This document shows positions 9,576 to 20,315 of a DNA stretch of 64,000 bases, in pieces. The position numbers and the translations under genes were made by a program. The stretch is from Candidatus Latescibacterota bacterium. GTDB lineage: Bacteria > Latescibacterota > UBA2968. The stretch is from positions 5,664,001 to 5,728,000 of the forward strand of contig OZ240241.1 in assembly GCA_965198115.1 (NCBI GenBank). The letters are read 5' to 3'. Position 1 is the stretch's first letter; the number at the start of each line of letters is the position of its first letter. The notes under the pieces are model-generated. The model was not told the origin of the DNA. It worked only from the letters and a program-made list of their open reading frames with translations, and did not search any database.

Positions 9576-10685
9576 ATGCCATACACAAAGAGTAGAAAGA
9601 TGGAAACCGGTATTTGGCGCTGCAAAAATCGAGCAAGAGACGCTCGCTACGTAGCCGAAATATCCTTCGTGGATACGGAAACTTATAAACGAGTGCGGCG
9701 CTGGAGGACGTTCAACCGGCTCGATCTTGCGAGACAATGGCGTAGGAAGATGCAGGATAATGACGTCCGGATTCGGCTTGAGGCAAAGCGGAAAGTCAAG
9801 AATCTGACCTTCACAGAGTTCGTACCGCAGTATCTCGATTCGTGGGCTCTGGACCGAAAGGATTCAACGATCCGTCGCGAAAGATCGAGGATCAACAGTC
9901 TGTTGATACCAGTCTTGGGTGAACATAGTTTGCGGTCGATCACTCAGCTCGATATTGAGAGATTCTTGGGGCAGCGTCGGTCAGGAGGTGCGTGCCCGGC
10001 GACCTGCAACCGTGATCTGTGCAGACTTAAGAACATGTTCCGGAAGGCTGAGGAGTGGGGATATGTTGAGGTTAACCCAACAGCCCATCTCAAGCAGAGC
10101 CCTGAGAGAATAAAACCTCAGTCTTTTCTCACCATCGAGGAGGTCGAGCGCTTACTCGAGGCTTGTGAACCGAGAATTAAGCCGATCGTCGAAGTGGCTG
10201 CGAATACTGGGATGCGCTGGGGAGAGATCGCAGCTTTGGAGTGGCGGGATGTGGACTTCGAACGTGGACAGCTTCACATAAGGGACCCCAAGAACCGCGA
10301 GGACCGGCACGTCCCGATGAATGGGTCCGTCGTGGCCTCACTTCAGGAACACCGGCGCCAGCAAGCCGCATGGGCCGGGAAGATCATTTCTCACGTATTT
10401 ACGAATCCAAGATTGGGCCGGCCTTGGTCCGACATACGTGTCCCTTTCAAGGCCGCACTGAAGACGGCCGGCATTGACGAGAGCTTTCCATTCAAGAATC
10501 TCAGACATACGGCAGCAAGCCATCTCACAATGGCGGGGGTCGATCTCCGGACCGTTGGCCAGATTCTAGGTCACAAGACCGCTCACGTTACGCTGCGCTA
10601 CGCACACCTTAGTCAGGATCACCTAAAGGATGCTGTTGAGAGATTGAAGTTCGAGACGCTGGAGGCTGAGCAAGTATCCAAATAG
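9576..10685 (+). CDS. tyrosine recombinase / phage-type integrase
   Basis: TGMRWGE(R), PKN, KNLRHTAAS, ILGHK...TLRYAH; N-terminal arm-binding-like region; next to a tRNA att site. Confidence 0.95.
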   Translation: MPYTKSRKMETGIWRCKNRARDARYVAEISFVDTETYKRVRRWRTFNRLDLARQWRRKMQDNDVRIRLEAKRKVKNLTFTEFVPQYLDSWALDRKDSTIRRERSRINSLLIPVLGEHSLRSITQLDIERFLGQRRSGGACPATCNRDLCRLKNMFRKAEEWGYVEVNPTAHLKQSPERIKPQSFLTIEEVERLLEACEPRIKPIVEVAANTGMRWGEIAALEWRDVDFERGQLHIRDPKNREDRHVPMNGSVVASLQEHRRQQAAWAGKIISHVFTNPRLGRPWSDIRVPFKAALKTAGIDESFPFKNLRHTAASHLTMAGVDLRTVGQILGHKTAHVTLRYAHLSQDHLKDAVERLKFETLEAEQVSK

Positions 10686-10691
10686 TATCCA
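10673..10691 (+). repeat. AGTATCCA direct repeat x2, possible integrase arm-type sites
   Basis: AGTATCCA-AAT-AGTATCCA across the integrase stop codon. Confidence 0.45.
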
Positions 10692-10706
10692 TCGCGTTGA
10701 CTATTC

Positions 10707-12094
10707 GGTGTTGTGCCTATCGTAGTTGAAACTTAGAGGGCTCCAAACTTACGTTGGGTAGACGTGTAGGAGCGTATACCCGTAAGAAAGGAGCCCAGAT
10801 GGAGAAGCTATTTGTAGGCGATGGTGAAGTCAAGGTTGAGGGCGATGTCATCGATTTGGAGACGCGTTTGTCGGTGATCCAGGCGTTGATCCCGTTGGGT
10901 CTGGAGGCAGTGGCAGACCTCCTCCAGCAGGAGGTCGAGCAGCTCGCAGGCGTTCGGTATGCGCGCAAAGGTTCGGAGCAGGCGCATCGTCGGTGGGGAA
11001 GCCAGAAGGGATCCGTGTATCTGATGGACCAGAAGCTCCCGTTAGACGTTCCCCGGGTGCGCGACGTCGAGGCCGACGCAGAGGTTTCCCTGGCTGCATA
11101 CCGGGCTCTACAGACGCCCAAGAAGACGGACGAGGGGCTGTTGCTTCGTGTTCTCAAGGGGATCTCGTGCCGCAACTACAAGGCCTGTGCCGAATCGGTT
11201 CCAGAAGCGTTTGGTATCTCAGCGTCCTCCGTCTCGCGGCGGTTCATCAAAGCCACCGCGAAGAAGCTGAAGCAGTTCCAGGAGCGTCCCCTCGACGACT
11301 ACGGCTTCGTGACCCTCTTCATTGACGGAAAGAGCTTTGCCGACGAAGAGATCGTGATCGCTCTGGGGGTCACGATGGACGGCCAGAAGATCCCCCTGGG
11401 CTTCGTCGAATCGGCGACGGAGAACGAACGGATCTGCCGCCAGCTGATCCAAGACCTCATCCGGAGAGGCCTGTGCTACGACCAGGGCCTTCTCGTTGTG
11501 CTTGACGGCTCAAAGGGGCTCCGCAGTGCTGTCACCAAAGCCCTCAAAGGGTATGTGCGCGTGCATCGCTGTCAGTGGCACAAGCGCGAGAATGTCGTCA
11601 GCTATCTCCCGGAGAGGGAACGTCCAAGAGTTCGACGGAAGCTCCAGAAAGCCTATGACTGCGACACCTACGAGGAGGCAAAGGCCGCACTCGAATCACT
11701 TAAACCCGAACTGAAGCTGATGAATCAGTCTGCCGTAACGAGCCTCGAGGAAGGCCTGGAGGAAACCCTGACCCTCCACCGGCTGGGTATGCTCCCATTC
11801 CTGAAACGAAGCTTCCGAACCACCAACTGCATCGAAGCCCTCAACAGCAGGACCGGCGAGCTCACTCGGAAGGTCAGACGCTGGAACAACTCTCCCCAGA
11901 GACACAGATGGGTGGCTGCCGCACTCCTCGACATCGAACCTCGCCTGCGACGCGTGAGCGGATACAAACATCTTCCCCTACTCAGGCAAGCACTGAACAA
12001 AGATCTGAATCTCGACAACGAACAGAATGCTCAAAAGAGAGCCTGACCAAACTACGGGGCCCGATGAGTTTTCAACTGACTATGGGACTTGACC
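10707..12094 (+). mobile_element. IS256-family insertion sequence
   Basis: Imperfect IRs GGTGTTGTGCCTATCGTAGTTGAAA / TTTCAACTGACTATGGGACTTGACC; 8-bp TSD GACTATTC (10699-10706, 12095-12102). Confidence 0.9.
10799..12046 (+). CDS. IS256-family (mutator) transposase
   Basis: LFIDG, VLDGSKGL, RCQWHKREN, RTTNCIE motifs. Confidence 0.93.
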   Translation: MEKLFVGDGEVKVEGDVIDLETRLSVIQALIPLGLEAVADLLQQEVEQLAGVRYARKGSEQAHRRWGSQKGSVYLMDQKLPLDVPRVRDVEADAEVSLAAYRALQTPKKTDEGLLLRVLKGISCRNYKACAESVPEAFGISASSVSRRFIKATAKKLKQFQERPLDDYGFVTLFIDGKSFADEEIVIALGVTMDGQKIPLGFVESATENERICRQLIQDLIRRGLCYDQGLLVVLDGSKGLRSAVTKALKGYVRVHRCQWHKRENVVSYLPERERPRVRRKLQKAYDCDTYEEAKAALESLKPELKLMNQSAVTSLEEGLEETLTLHRLGMLPFLKRSFRTTNCIEALNSRTGELTRKVRRWNNSPQRHRWVAAALLDIEPRLRRVSGYKHLPLLRQALNKDLNLDNEQNAQKRA

Positions 12095-12216
12095 GACTAT
12101 TCGGTCGATCTCGGTTTTTTTTGGCAAAAGTATGTATAACATGTGAATCCATTGGCTCAAGGTGTTAGGTCGTAAGTGGTTGTATTGACGTCATATATAC
12201 CACGCGCTAGAATCCG

Positions 12217-12270
12217 GACTTAAAATCTCCCGGCCTTCGGGTCATGCCGGTTCAAGTCCGGCCCCGGGTA
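12217..12270 (+). other. att site: displaced 3' half of tRNA-Leu(TAA)
   Basis: GACTTAAAATC anticodon loop, long variable arm, T-arm GCCGGTTCAAGTCCGGC and acceptor 3' strand CCCGGGTA; no D-arm or 5' acceptor strand. Confidence 0.88.
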
Positions 12271-12449
12271 CTCCCTTCCTGTAACACCTCCTGCTCAAGA
12301 TTCCGAGATCCATTCGGTCGTGACACGACTGCCGGATGGACCTATCATCTCACAGACTCTATGACCAACCGTGGGGATGTCTGCCCCACGGGGTTGCGGT
12401 ACGCTAATTTTGACCCACGTCTGATCTCGAAATCCTCTACGGGGTTGAT

Positions 12450-13801
12450 ATGATGTTGTTCGTCGTCATCGGGCTATGGATCTGCACCCCGGGCGAGGGG
12501 GTGGCCCACACGCTCGACCTCCGGTTTCCCACTGCCCCCGTTCGCGCTGACACGCTTGCGCTGAACACGTGGGCGTATCATTCGGGTGACGATCCGGCAT
12601 ATGCGGACCCCTCCTTCGACGACTCGGGTTGGGAAATCGTCGACTCCCGCTTTTTCCCCAGCCAGCTTCCGGAATCGGGTTGGGCCGGGTTCGGCTGGTT
12701 TCGCATCCGGCTTCTAATCCCTCCCGTCTTGAGAGACAGGCCCGTGGCGTTGACGATCTATCACGCCGGGGCGTCGCAGTTTTTCCTCAACGGCGAATTG
12801 CAGTTCGAGCTGGGAACCGTCGGTACCCTCCCGTCGCAGGAAGTGGTTCACTGGGAGTCAGCCGTGGCAAGCCCTTATAGAGGGCCAGACGGCCATCGTC
12901 GAAGTGCCTATCTCTTCTTTCGGAAGACTGAGGATCACTACCATCGGGCGGAAAGAGTACGACCAGGATGAGGTCAACACGCTGAAAGTGTTCGGCGGTG
13001 CCATCGCGCTCGGATACGCCAGGTTTCTGGATCTGAAGGTGCTCGACGAGGCCAGGCAGCAGCTGATCGACGAAATGGAGCAGGAACTTCAGGATGCCCG
13101 AGAGATGCAAATGGGACTCATGCCGGCAGAGCACCCCTCGGTCGCTGGTTACGATGTGTCGGCCCAATGCCTGCCAGCCAATCACGTGTGCGGGGATTTC
13201 TATCACTATTTCGAACCCGGTGAAAATCGGCTGATCGTTACGATGGCGGATGTCACCGGGCACGCGATGAAGGCTGCGATTCCGGGTGTGATGTTCAGCG
13301 GCATTCTGAACAGTCAGATGGAGCAAGGGGGAAGCGTCGAAGAACGCGTTACCCGTCTGAACCGATCTTTGCTGGACACCATACCGGACCGTACGCTGAT
13401 CAGCTTTCTCATGGGTGAGCTGGATATCTCTACCGGAAAGATGACGCTGTCGGACAACGGCTAGCCCATACCCCTACCATTACCGAGCCGAGAGCGGGGA
13501 ACTGACAGAGATTCCCCTATCCGCGTATCCGCTAGGTGTTGAGCTGGAATTGACACCTGGGTGGCCGATGTCCAGATGTCGACGGGGGACTATATTATCT
13601 TCTGTTCCGACGGCATTCCGGAAGCAGAGTGCGACGGCGGGCAGCTGGGGTACGAACGAACGTCGGAAACGATACGGCTTGTAGAAATGAATGGGCCGCG
13701 AGCGAAGTGATCGATCACGTCGTGGGTGAAGCCGTGAGTTTCCGCAGGGGCCAACCTCAGGAAGATGATATGACGTGCGTGGTCATCCGCGCCGCGACCT
13801 G
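12450..13801 (+). pseudogene. sensor PP2C/SpoIIE phosphatase with N-terminal carbohydrate-binding-like domain, disrupted
   Basis: Signal peptide and GDDPAYADPSFDDSGW..GWFR domain; deletion near 12870; VCGDFY, ADVTGH, SDGI, EDDMT motifs; stop at 13462-13464 and frameshifts. Confidence 0.85.
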
Positions 13802-13917
13802 ATGCACTGGCGATGCTTGGTGATTGCCTGTTGTAGAGGTTCGGTCGTGGGAGTCCGAGCGGATCGATCTCCGCTGCTCAGTGACCGTGCGCCAATGACG
13901 GCACAGAAAGGGGCTAC

Positions 13918-14352
13918 GTGACGAAGCTATCCGGGATCAGCAGGCCGGGGAACGTGGCGCTCCTGGTCACCATCACCTTGGTTCTGGCCGCCTGGGCCCA
14001 GACCACGGGTCTCCTGGTCAGTCCGGGTGGCCTGGTTTCGGCAGGTGGCTCGATGAGTGGGACCGACATCGAGATCACCGGTTCACTGGGAAGCCCGTTT
14101 TCGACCGTTCCGGTCGCGAATGCCTCCGGTGTGCGGGTCGCGTCGGGTCTCCTGGCGGGTTCTCCGTCGACCACCGCTGGCGGCGATATCGACGGTGACT
14201 CCGATGTGGATTTCACTGATTTCCTCCTTTTCGCCGGAGCTTTCGGGAAGAGCGTCGGCGAACCGCTTTTCGTCGGTGCAGCCGACATCGACTCGAACGG
14301 GACCGTGGATTTCGGGGACTTCCTGATCCTCGCGAGTGCCTTCGGCAGCTGA
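13918..14352 (+). CDS. secreted protein with dockerin/EF-hand-like C-terminal module
   Basis: Signal peptide; GDIDGDSDVDFTDFLLFAGAFG and ADIDSNGTVDFGDFLILASAFG. Confidence 0.85.
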   Translation: MTKLSGISRPGNVALLVTITLVLAAWAQTTGLLVSPGGLVSAGGSMSGTDIEITGSLGSPFSTVPVANASGVRVASGLLAGSPSTTAGGDIDGDSDVDFTDFLLFAGAFGKSVGEPLFVGAADIDSNGTVDFGDFLILASAFGS

Positions 14353-14399
14353 TCGTCCCCTTTCCAATCCCGTCTCTCATACCTTCCGAGTCTGACGGA

Positions 14400-15231
14400 T
14401 GTCTTTGCTCCCAGCCAGACCCCGTATCGTGCGGGCATTCACATCATTGGGCCGCTCGGCCCCATCTCGACCCCTTCCACAAATCCCAGTCAGGGTCCCC
14501 AATGGCCTTGTCCCGACAGGAGCCCGAAGCCCCACGGCGATCAGATCGAGCGGTGACCTGGCGGTCCACGTCCTTCGGAGCTGTCCTGGTCGTTCTGGAG
14601 AGTGTAGGAGCGCCCTATGCGAAGTATATCCTCAGGCCGAGGCCATCAAGATGACCTCGGCGAGCTCCGTCATGAAGTCATCGTCTGTGTTCGCCAATTC
14701 CACGAAGGGGAGAGTCGTCCGCAAGAGGCCTGCCACTTCGGAGTCCGCTGCGACGGCAGCGCTCAATCCCGCGAGGAAGTCCTCATCGAATGATGCTGGC
14801 TCCCTGATGGAACACTACACCGGGAGGTTGAAAGTGACCTCCCCGTGCTTGTACCCACCGTCGAGGGTCTCCCCGTCTCGCCTTCGCGCCGGGATCGCGA
14901 TGTGCACGGGCATATCGCCGCTGTAGGCCTGCCCGATGATGCAGAACATCGTCGAGTTCACATACGAGCCGCCAAACCGAGGGAAGTAGTCGTTGCACGC
15001 CCAGGAGGCGAGGAACAGCAAAGATGCCCCCCACCTGACCGCTGGACGGTCGTCCCTCGACAAATCCCATCCTTTCCCTGGAATGGTTGCAACGACGCAG
15101 TTGGTGAATGGGGGCCCCTTCCGATCGACATACCCTGACAGGATCCTCTCCAGTGGGGCGACGGCCGTCTCAAGCGCCGCGGGTACGTTGCCGTCGTCGT
15201 CGCGCAAGGGCAGGAACTCCACGCCCGCCAC
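14400..15231 (-). pseudogene. hypothetical protein fragment (possibly HEPN/ApeA-like), frameshifted
   Basis: 138-aa ORF ends at 14815; protein-like sequence continues downstream with stops. Confidence 0.4.
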
Positions 15232-15264
15232 CGTGAGGCAGCTTATCGGGTACCCTGGTTACGG

Positions 15265-15760
15265 TCACCGCAAACTCCTGCCGTACCTCCACGGTCACCG
15301 TCAGCGCCTCCGCGGCATCGCCTGTGCGGCTCAACGTGAACACCGCCGCAAACCCCTCGGTCACCTCCGCGCCGCCGGCAATCGTGATCGTCGGCAATGG
15401 CACCCCGTCCACCGTGCGAGTCGCATCGGTCCCCACCGCGCTGTGCCTCAGACTCGCGTCGGTGCCGGAGGCCTGGATCGCGCCGCGCCCGGCGTGGTCA
15501 GCTTGTCCGCGCCAATGGCGATGCCGTCGCTGTCCGCGTCGCCCGCCGCCACCGTGTAGCCGAACACCAGCGCCGCCGTGCCCGTGCCGCTCTCGTACTC
15601 CGCCTGCCTGGGGGTCCCGCCGACGTCAATCTCGATCTGCGGCTTGTCGGTCCCGGCCTCCGTCACCGTCACCGCCTCGCTGAACGTCACCGTCACCTCG
15701 ATCGTGCCCCCGAGTGCGTAGGTCTTCGCCGGGGACGTGAAGATCACCGACGACACCGTC
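15265..15760 (-). pseudogene. fragments of a Calx-beta/Ig-like surface protein
   Basis: TYALGGTIEVTVTFSEAVTV...YESGTGTAALVFGYTVAAGDADSDGI and LPTITIAGGAEVTEGFAAVFTLSRTG; much higher GC than the flanks. Confidence 0.7.
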
Positions 15761-16046
15761 GCCCCGCCTCTCCTGCGCTCCTGCTGGCGTGGGCTGGAAC
15801 ACGGCCGCAAGACTGAGCATCGCGGCGACCCAGCCCAGCGCCCACGCGGGCCGTGGCTCCGCGCGTCGGCCGCGCAAGGCATTCCCGGGCGGCCGGCATT
15901 GCGGCGCCCGCGGCCGGGTTCCAGGCAGCGGGCCGGCCGTCGGCGCACAACGCTGCCAAGACTCGGCGGAGGATCGACACAAGGCGATACAGGGTCAAAG
16001 AAATTCCCGGCGTGGTCGGATCCGTCATCGTGTGACAGTGTAATAC

Positions 16047-16250
16047 GTGAAGTCTACTCTCACGGTTCGCCTCGACAAAGATCTTGAGCGGCTCCTCGAC
16101 CGACAGTGTAATCGGACTGGCCAGAAGCGCAGCGACATCGTTCGCGAGGCCTTGCGACGCGAGCTGTCCGTGCGTCGATTTGAGGAAGTCCGTCGGCGCG
16201 CCCTGCCCTTCACCAAAACGAGACGAGCCTGCGCCCGGTCCAGATCATGA
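16047..16250 (+). CDS. CopG/ribbon-helix-helix antitoxin-like protein (3' end probably truncated)
   Basis: STLTVRLDKDLERLLD...KRSDIVREAL; no toxin downstream. Confidence 0.75.
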   Translation: MKSTLTVRLDKDLERLLDRQCNRTGQKRSDIVREALRRELSVRRFEEVRRRALPFTKTRRACARSRS

Positions 16251-16432
16251 CCGATACCGCTTCCTACAGCGACCTTGTCTTCGGGCTCTTCCGGCTGCTG
16301 GGGTACCAGTTCAGTCCAAGGCTCACAGACCTCGGCGCGGCGCGCTTCTGGCGCCTCGATCAGTGCCGACTACGGGCCGTTGAATGCGCTCGCCCGCCAC
16401 CACATCAATCCAAAACTCATCCGTACCCACTG
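16247..16432 (+). pseudogene. Tn3-family transposase fragment
   Basis: MTDTASYSDLVFGLFRLLGYQFSPRL...ADYGPLNALARHHINPKLI. Confidence 0.85.
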
Positions 16433-16982
16433 CGGTGTGGCTCTGTTCCCCTTGATTTTGTGCGCCGATTTGCCCCCCCATTGTCAAGCCCTTAATTCGA
16501 TATTCTGCCTTGTTTTCGAGAGGGCACCGTTTACACAGCCCCCAACCTCTGTTTGATCTTGCTCGTGACCCGTCTGAGCTGGGCCGCCGCCACCCGCCCC
16601 AGCTTCGAGGCGTCAGACGCGTCGATCGTCGCTATCTTGGTGCTACGGATGAGGGAGGGAACGGGCGGATCACCACCTCGCGAACAATTGACCCCATTTT
16701 CTGGAAAATCATGGACTACGAAGAACGATTAACCTATATAAACAGTGATATAGGGCGTTTATTGTGATGTTCTTTGGGGTGGGAAACCGGGCACGAAAAA
16801 GCGGAGTTGTCCGAACAGAAAAATTATTTCGCCAACGTCCTGTCGCCAAAGTTATTTTTCTTCGTAGCTCTGGCGTTTGGGTGCCGGTGATCCGGTCGTC
16901 CCCCGCGCGATCGGAGAGACGGGGTCTGCCGCGAAGAACCTTTGCGCGCATCGCGCATGCCTTCGCCCGGAAGGGCAACGGA

Positions 16983-17426
16983 ATGGTGAGAACGAGTGCC
17001 AAGCCAAAGAAAAGAAGACGCACATCGGGTCTGCCGATTGCCGTCCCAAAGGACGTGGCCTCGATCCGGCTGTTGATCGATACTGTTGCCCGGACGAACG
17101 AGTTGCCCCTTCCCGGTGTCGACTCTGTGCGCGTCAGGAAAGCCCTCTTCGAGCGAGAGGGCACCTGGCCACGAGGAAGGCGGGTGGAGGGCCTGAACCC
17201 GATCGACTGGGCCAGACGGTTGGTCGCCGCTGAGCTGTACGCGCGGGAAGAGGACGTGGTCGGCATCGCGAGGGGGTTGGGGGTTGATGGGCCCGTCGTA
17301 AGGGACGACCTGGAGGTGATCTCGGTCTACCAGGTGCTCGCAGAGGGTGTTGGGCAAGCGCAGGCAGCACTCTCCCAGATAAGGAGGCGGTTTGAACGTC
17401 TCCAGCTAGGGTCTTCACTTATGTAG
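16983..17426 (+). CDS. hypothetical protein
   Basis: 147-aa ORF from MVRTSAK; no family recognised. Confidence 0.45.
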   Translation: MVRTSAKPKKRRRTSGLPIAVPKDVASIRLLIDTVARTNELPLPGVDSVRVRKALFEREGTWPRGRRVEGLNPIDWARRLVAAELYAREEDVVGIARGLGVDGPVVRDDLEVISVYQVLAEGVGQAQAALSQIRRRFERLQLGSSLM

Positions 17427-17707
17427 TCCATTCCCAGCATCATGACTTCGCCGGGCAGGAACCCCACTTCATCCAATAGCTCCAATCCGGAGTTAGTGTC
17501 TCGATGCCTTTCGATTGCTTGCAACCAGGCAGAGTACGGCCCCCCCGAAAACCCCACCCTGATAAATTCAGGGTCGTCTTTAAATGCCTCGAGTTGATCG
17601 TACAATCGCACGAGTTCCATTGCTGCTGACGAGAGCTTCATCGGAATGCAAGGTCTTTGCTGCACATTGTTTCCAATATTCATCGCATCGGGGTCAATGA
17701 AAGTCAC
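17327..17707 (-). CDS. hypothetical protein or fragment
   Basis: Protein-like core LYDQLEAFKDDPEFIRVGFSGGPYSAWL; overlaps the convergent ORF. Confidence 0.35.
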   Translation of the reverse strand: MTFIDPDAMNIGNNVQQRPCIPMKLSSAAMELVRLYDQLEAFKDDPEFIRVGFSGGPYSAWLQAIERHRDTNSGLELLDEVGFLPGEVMMLGMDYISEDPSWRRSNRLLIWESAACACPTPSASTW

Positions 17708-18042
17708 TGGGGCGGCCTTGAATTCCCTCCCTTCCCAGCTAAAGTATCTGACAACTCCGGTTTCCGAGAGCGTGAAATACTCTGGACGTTCTTGTGTCTG
17801 AAGGTCGAATAGAACGCGGATTCATCCTTGCGCCGGCTGACGGCAAGAAACGATCCTTCAGTTCGGCGCAGGCGTATGTCCGAGTCGTACGACATTGTGT
17901 TGGCCGACCCGCATGGCTCGGCTTGGCATCGTGTTCATCAATTGCTAAACTCAGGATCTTAGTAATCATAAATGGCGAAAGAACCTCAGGTTACCGTTGC
18001 TTGCCATTGTCCTTCGTCGGTGAAGACTTTGCAGAACAGGAA

Positions 18043-18205
18043 GTTGTGTTCAAATGGACCCCGAACCCGAACAGTAAAAATAAAGAAGTATTTATGAACA
18101 AACCTTGAATCAAACTGCGGGAGGACGTCCGGCTCAGCAACCTGATGCAGTTAAATCGTTGTGCTCAAACACACCCCGAACTCGAACAGTAAAAATAAAG
18201 AAGTA
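18043..18205 (+). repeat. two 48-bp direct repeats, 115-bp period
   Basis: GTTGTGYTCAAA-nnn-ACCCCGAACYCGAACAGTAAAAATAAAGAAGTA at 18043-18090 and 18158-18205. Confidence 0.85.
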
Positions 18206-18334
18206 ATATTTCACGAAAACGGACGGCGCCTTCCCGTCCTGATAACCTGGCTTGCCCAGGGCTTTGCGTATCGTCCGAAACAATCGAACTTCCTACCACC
18301 AAGCCTACGGAACTGGTGAAATAAAGTTTACTAA

Positions 18335-19596
18335 GTACTCCTGTTCTCAAATACGGTGACGTATTCTAAGCAGACTTTGCCAAGGGCGTATCGTAGAACC
18401 TGAGTTTGTCGATCATCTCCGCGAGATCTGTTCGTGTGAACTTCCATTTGAAGGGTGTGGCGATACGTCCGTAGCGTTCCTGAAAACCGAGGATTCTTGC
18501 CTCAAGCTCTTCGAGCGATGCAAATTCGATAGGTGTCAGAGCCTTGCGTTTGAGGATCGAGAAGTAGATCTCGATCTGATTGAGCCAGCTTGCGTGGATC
18601 GGAAGGTGAACGGGGTGGATGTTTGGCCACTTCCCCTGGATACGGTCGATGCATGTTTGCCCTCGGTGCGAGGAGCCATTATCCACGATGAGGTAGACTT
18701 TCTTTGCCGAGCAATAGGGTTTCCGGCTCATGATCAGGCTCAGGAGCCGGTTGAAGGGCTCGATACCCGAAGAAGACTCACAGAGACCGAAGATTCGACC
18801 ATTGTGCACGTCGAGAGCAGCCAGATAGGCCAGGGCTCCTTTCCGCTCGTATTCGTGTTTCAACGCGTGCCGCTCTGTTCGAGGCTGGCGGTAGGGTAAC
18901 GTGCTTGCGAGCTCGTGCTTGAATACTGGTCTTTTCGTCGGCAGAAAGTACATATTCCCTCGGCCCTAAAGGCTTTCCTTGCCATTGGCGGTGATACAGA
19001 TCAAGGACTCTACCTGCTTTGGTTTGGAAGTCCGGGTCCCGTGGGAAAATCCAGGAGCGATGATACCAAGGACGAATCGCGTCCTCGTTCAACCAGCGCC
19101 AGACAGTGGCGCCGCTGATCTTGGCAACGAAGCCCCTTTGCACTGCCTCGGCGGCAATCTCGGAACAGCTGAACCGCGAGAGCGGTATCCCGCTCTCGCT
19201 CGGTAGTTCACACGCCAGCGCCTTGATCTGAACGACCACCTGAGGGGGGAAAACCGGGCGGGCGCCCGGGACGAGATCTATCTTCGAGTCCCGAAAGACG
19301 CTCTTCGAAAAAGCGCTTACGCCATTTGCTTACGATCGGACGAGGGACATCCAACCGTTGGGCGATAATCTTGTTGGATAATCCCTCGGCGGCGAGAAGC
19401 ACGATTTTCGATCGGATCACTTGATAATACGATAACGTATATTGTCCAGCCATTCGCTCGAGGTCGACCCGTTCCTTCTCAGACAGTAGCACCACATAAG
19501 GCGAACGTCTTGGCATTGTTCTCCTCCTTTTGAAGGAGAACATAAGCTACAAATAATGTTCAGAACATACGTAATAATGTTTATGAAACCATGCAC
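18335..19596 (-). mobile_element. IS630-family element, copy 1 (1262 bp; transposase in three frames)
   Basis: Near-identical to 24421-25682 and 63277-end; HTH ORF 19208-19543; ADEKTSIQ, IVDNGSSH and HASWLNQIE motifs. Confidence 0.93.
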
Positions 19597-20210
19597 TTAG
19601 GAACCCCGTCAACGCAGCTCCGGCCGACCTCCACGCTGTCTTCTTCCATACGGCCGACAACGGTCTCATCGCCGGAGACTCAGGGTTGCTCCTTTGGACC
19701 ACAGACGGCGGTCTAACCTGGCACCCACGCGACGCGGCGACCAACAAGACGATTTATGATCTCATGTTTGCAAGTGCCACCATTGGCTATCTGGTTGGCG
19801 AGGACGGTCTGATCAAGAAGACGACCAACGGTGGAACGAGTTGGGTCGCGCAGCCCTCGGGAACGGCGGAAGATCTTCACGCGGTATTCATTCGGGACGA
19901 GATGAACGGATACGCCACAGGAGACAAAGGAGTTATACTGAAGACCCAGAACGGGGGGATGGTTTGGTCACCTCTCACGTCTGGAACAGTTAAGGATCTC
20001 AGGGACATTCTGTTCCTTCGCCCCGAGGTCGGCTTTGTGGTCGGACAGAGCGGGGAGCTCCGATCGACTCGGGATTCAGGCAATACTTGGAACTTGGAAA
20101 CCTCCAACACTTCAAGCAGGCTGACGTCCATCGATTTTAAGGATAGTGTGATGGGGTTGGCAGCAGGAGGACGTGCCGTGGTGATCAAGACAATCAGCGG
20201 TGGCGGTTGA
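19597..20210 (+). pseudogene. YCF48/BNR beta-propeller protein, 5'-truncated by IS630
   Basis: Repeated (T/S)xDGGxTW Asp-boxes; the frame is open right up to the IS end. Confidence 0.85.
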
Positions 20211-20315
20211 GCTGATCTGCGTCCAGCGTATCTGTCTGCGCTCCTCTGTTCGACCAAGACATCATCGAACGCGGTGTAAGCACGCTCGAAATCCCCGATC
20301 TAAAGGAGACATGCG

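Noticed and set aside
9576-10685. Integron integrase serving the attC array
   Set aside because: I see no IntI-specific insertion, and it is paired with xis and a tRNA att site 15 kb from the cassettes.
12200-12275. Intact tRNA-Leu gene
   Set aside because: Only the anticodon loop to the 3' end is present; there is no D-arm or 5' acceptor strand and the anticodon stem does not pair fully. Treated as an att remnant.
18043-18205. CRISPR array
   Set aside because: Only two clear copies, a 67-nt spacer, no palindrome and no cas genes; kept as an unexplained repeat.
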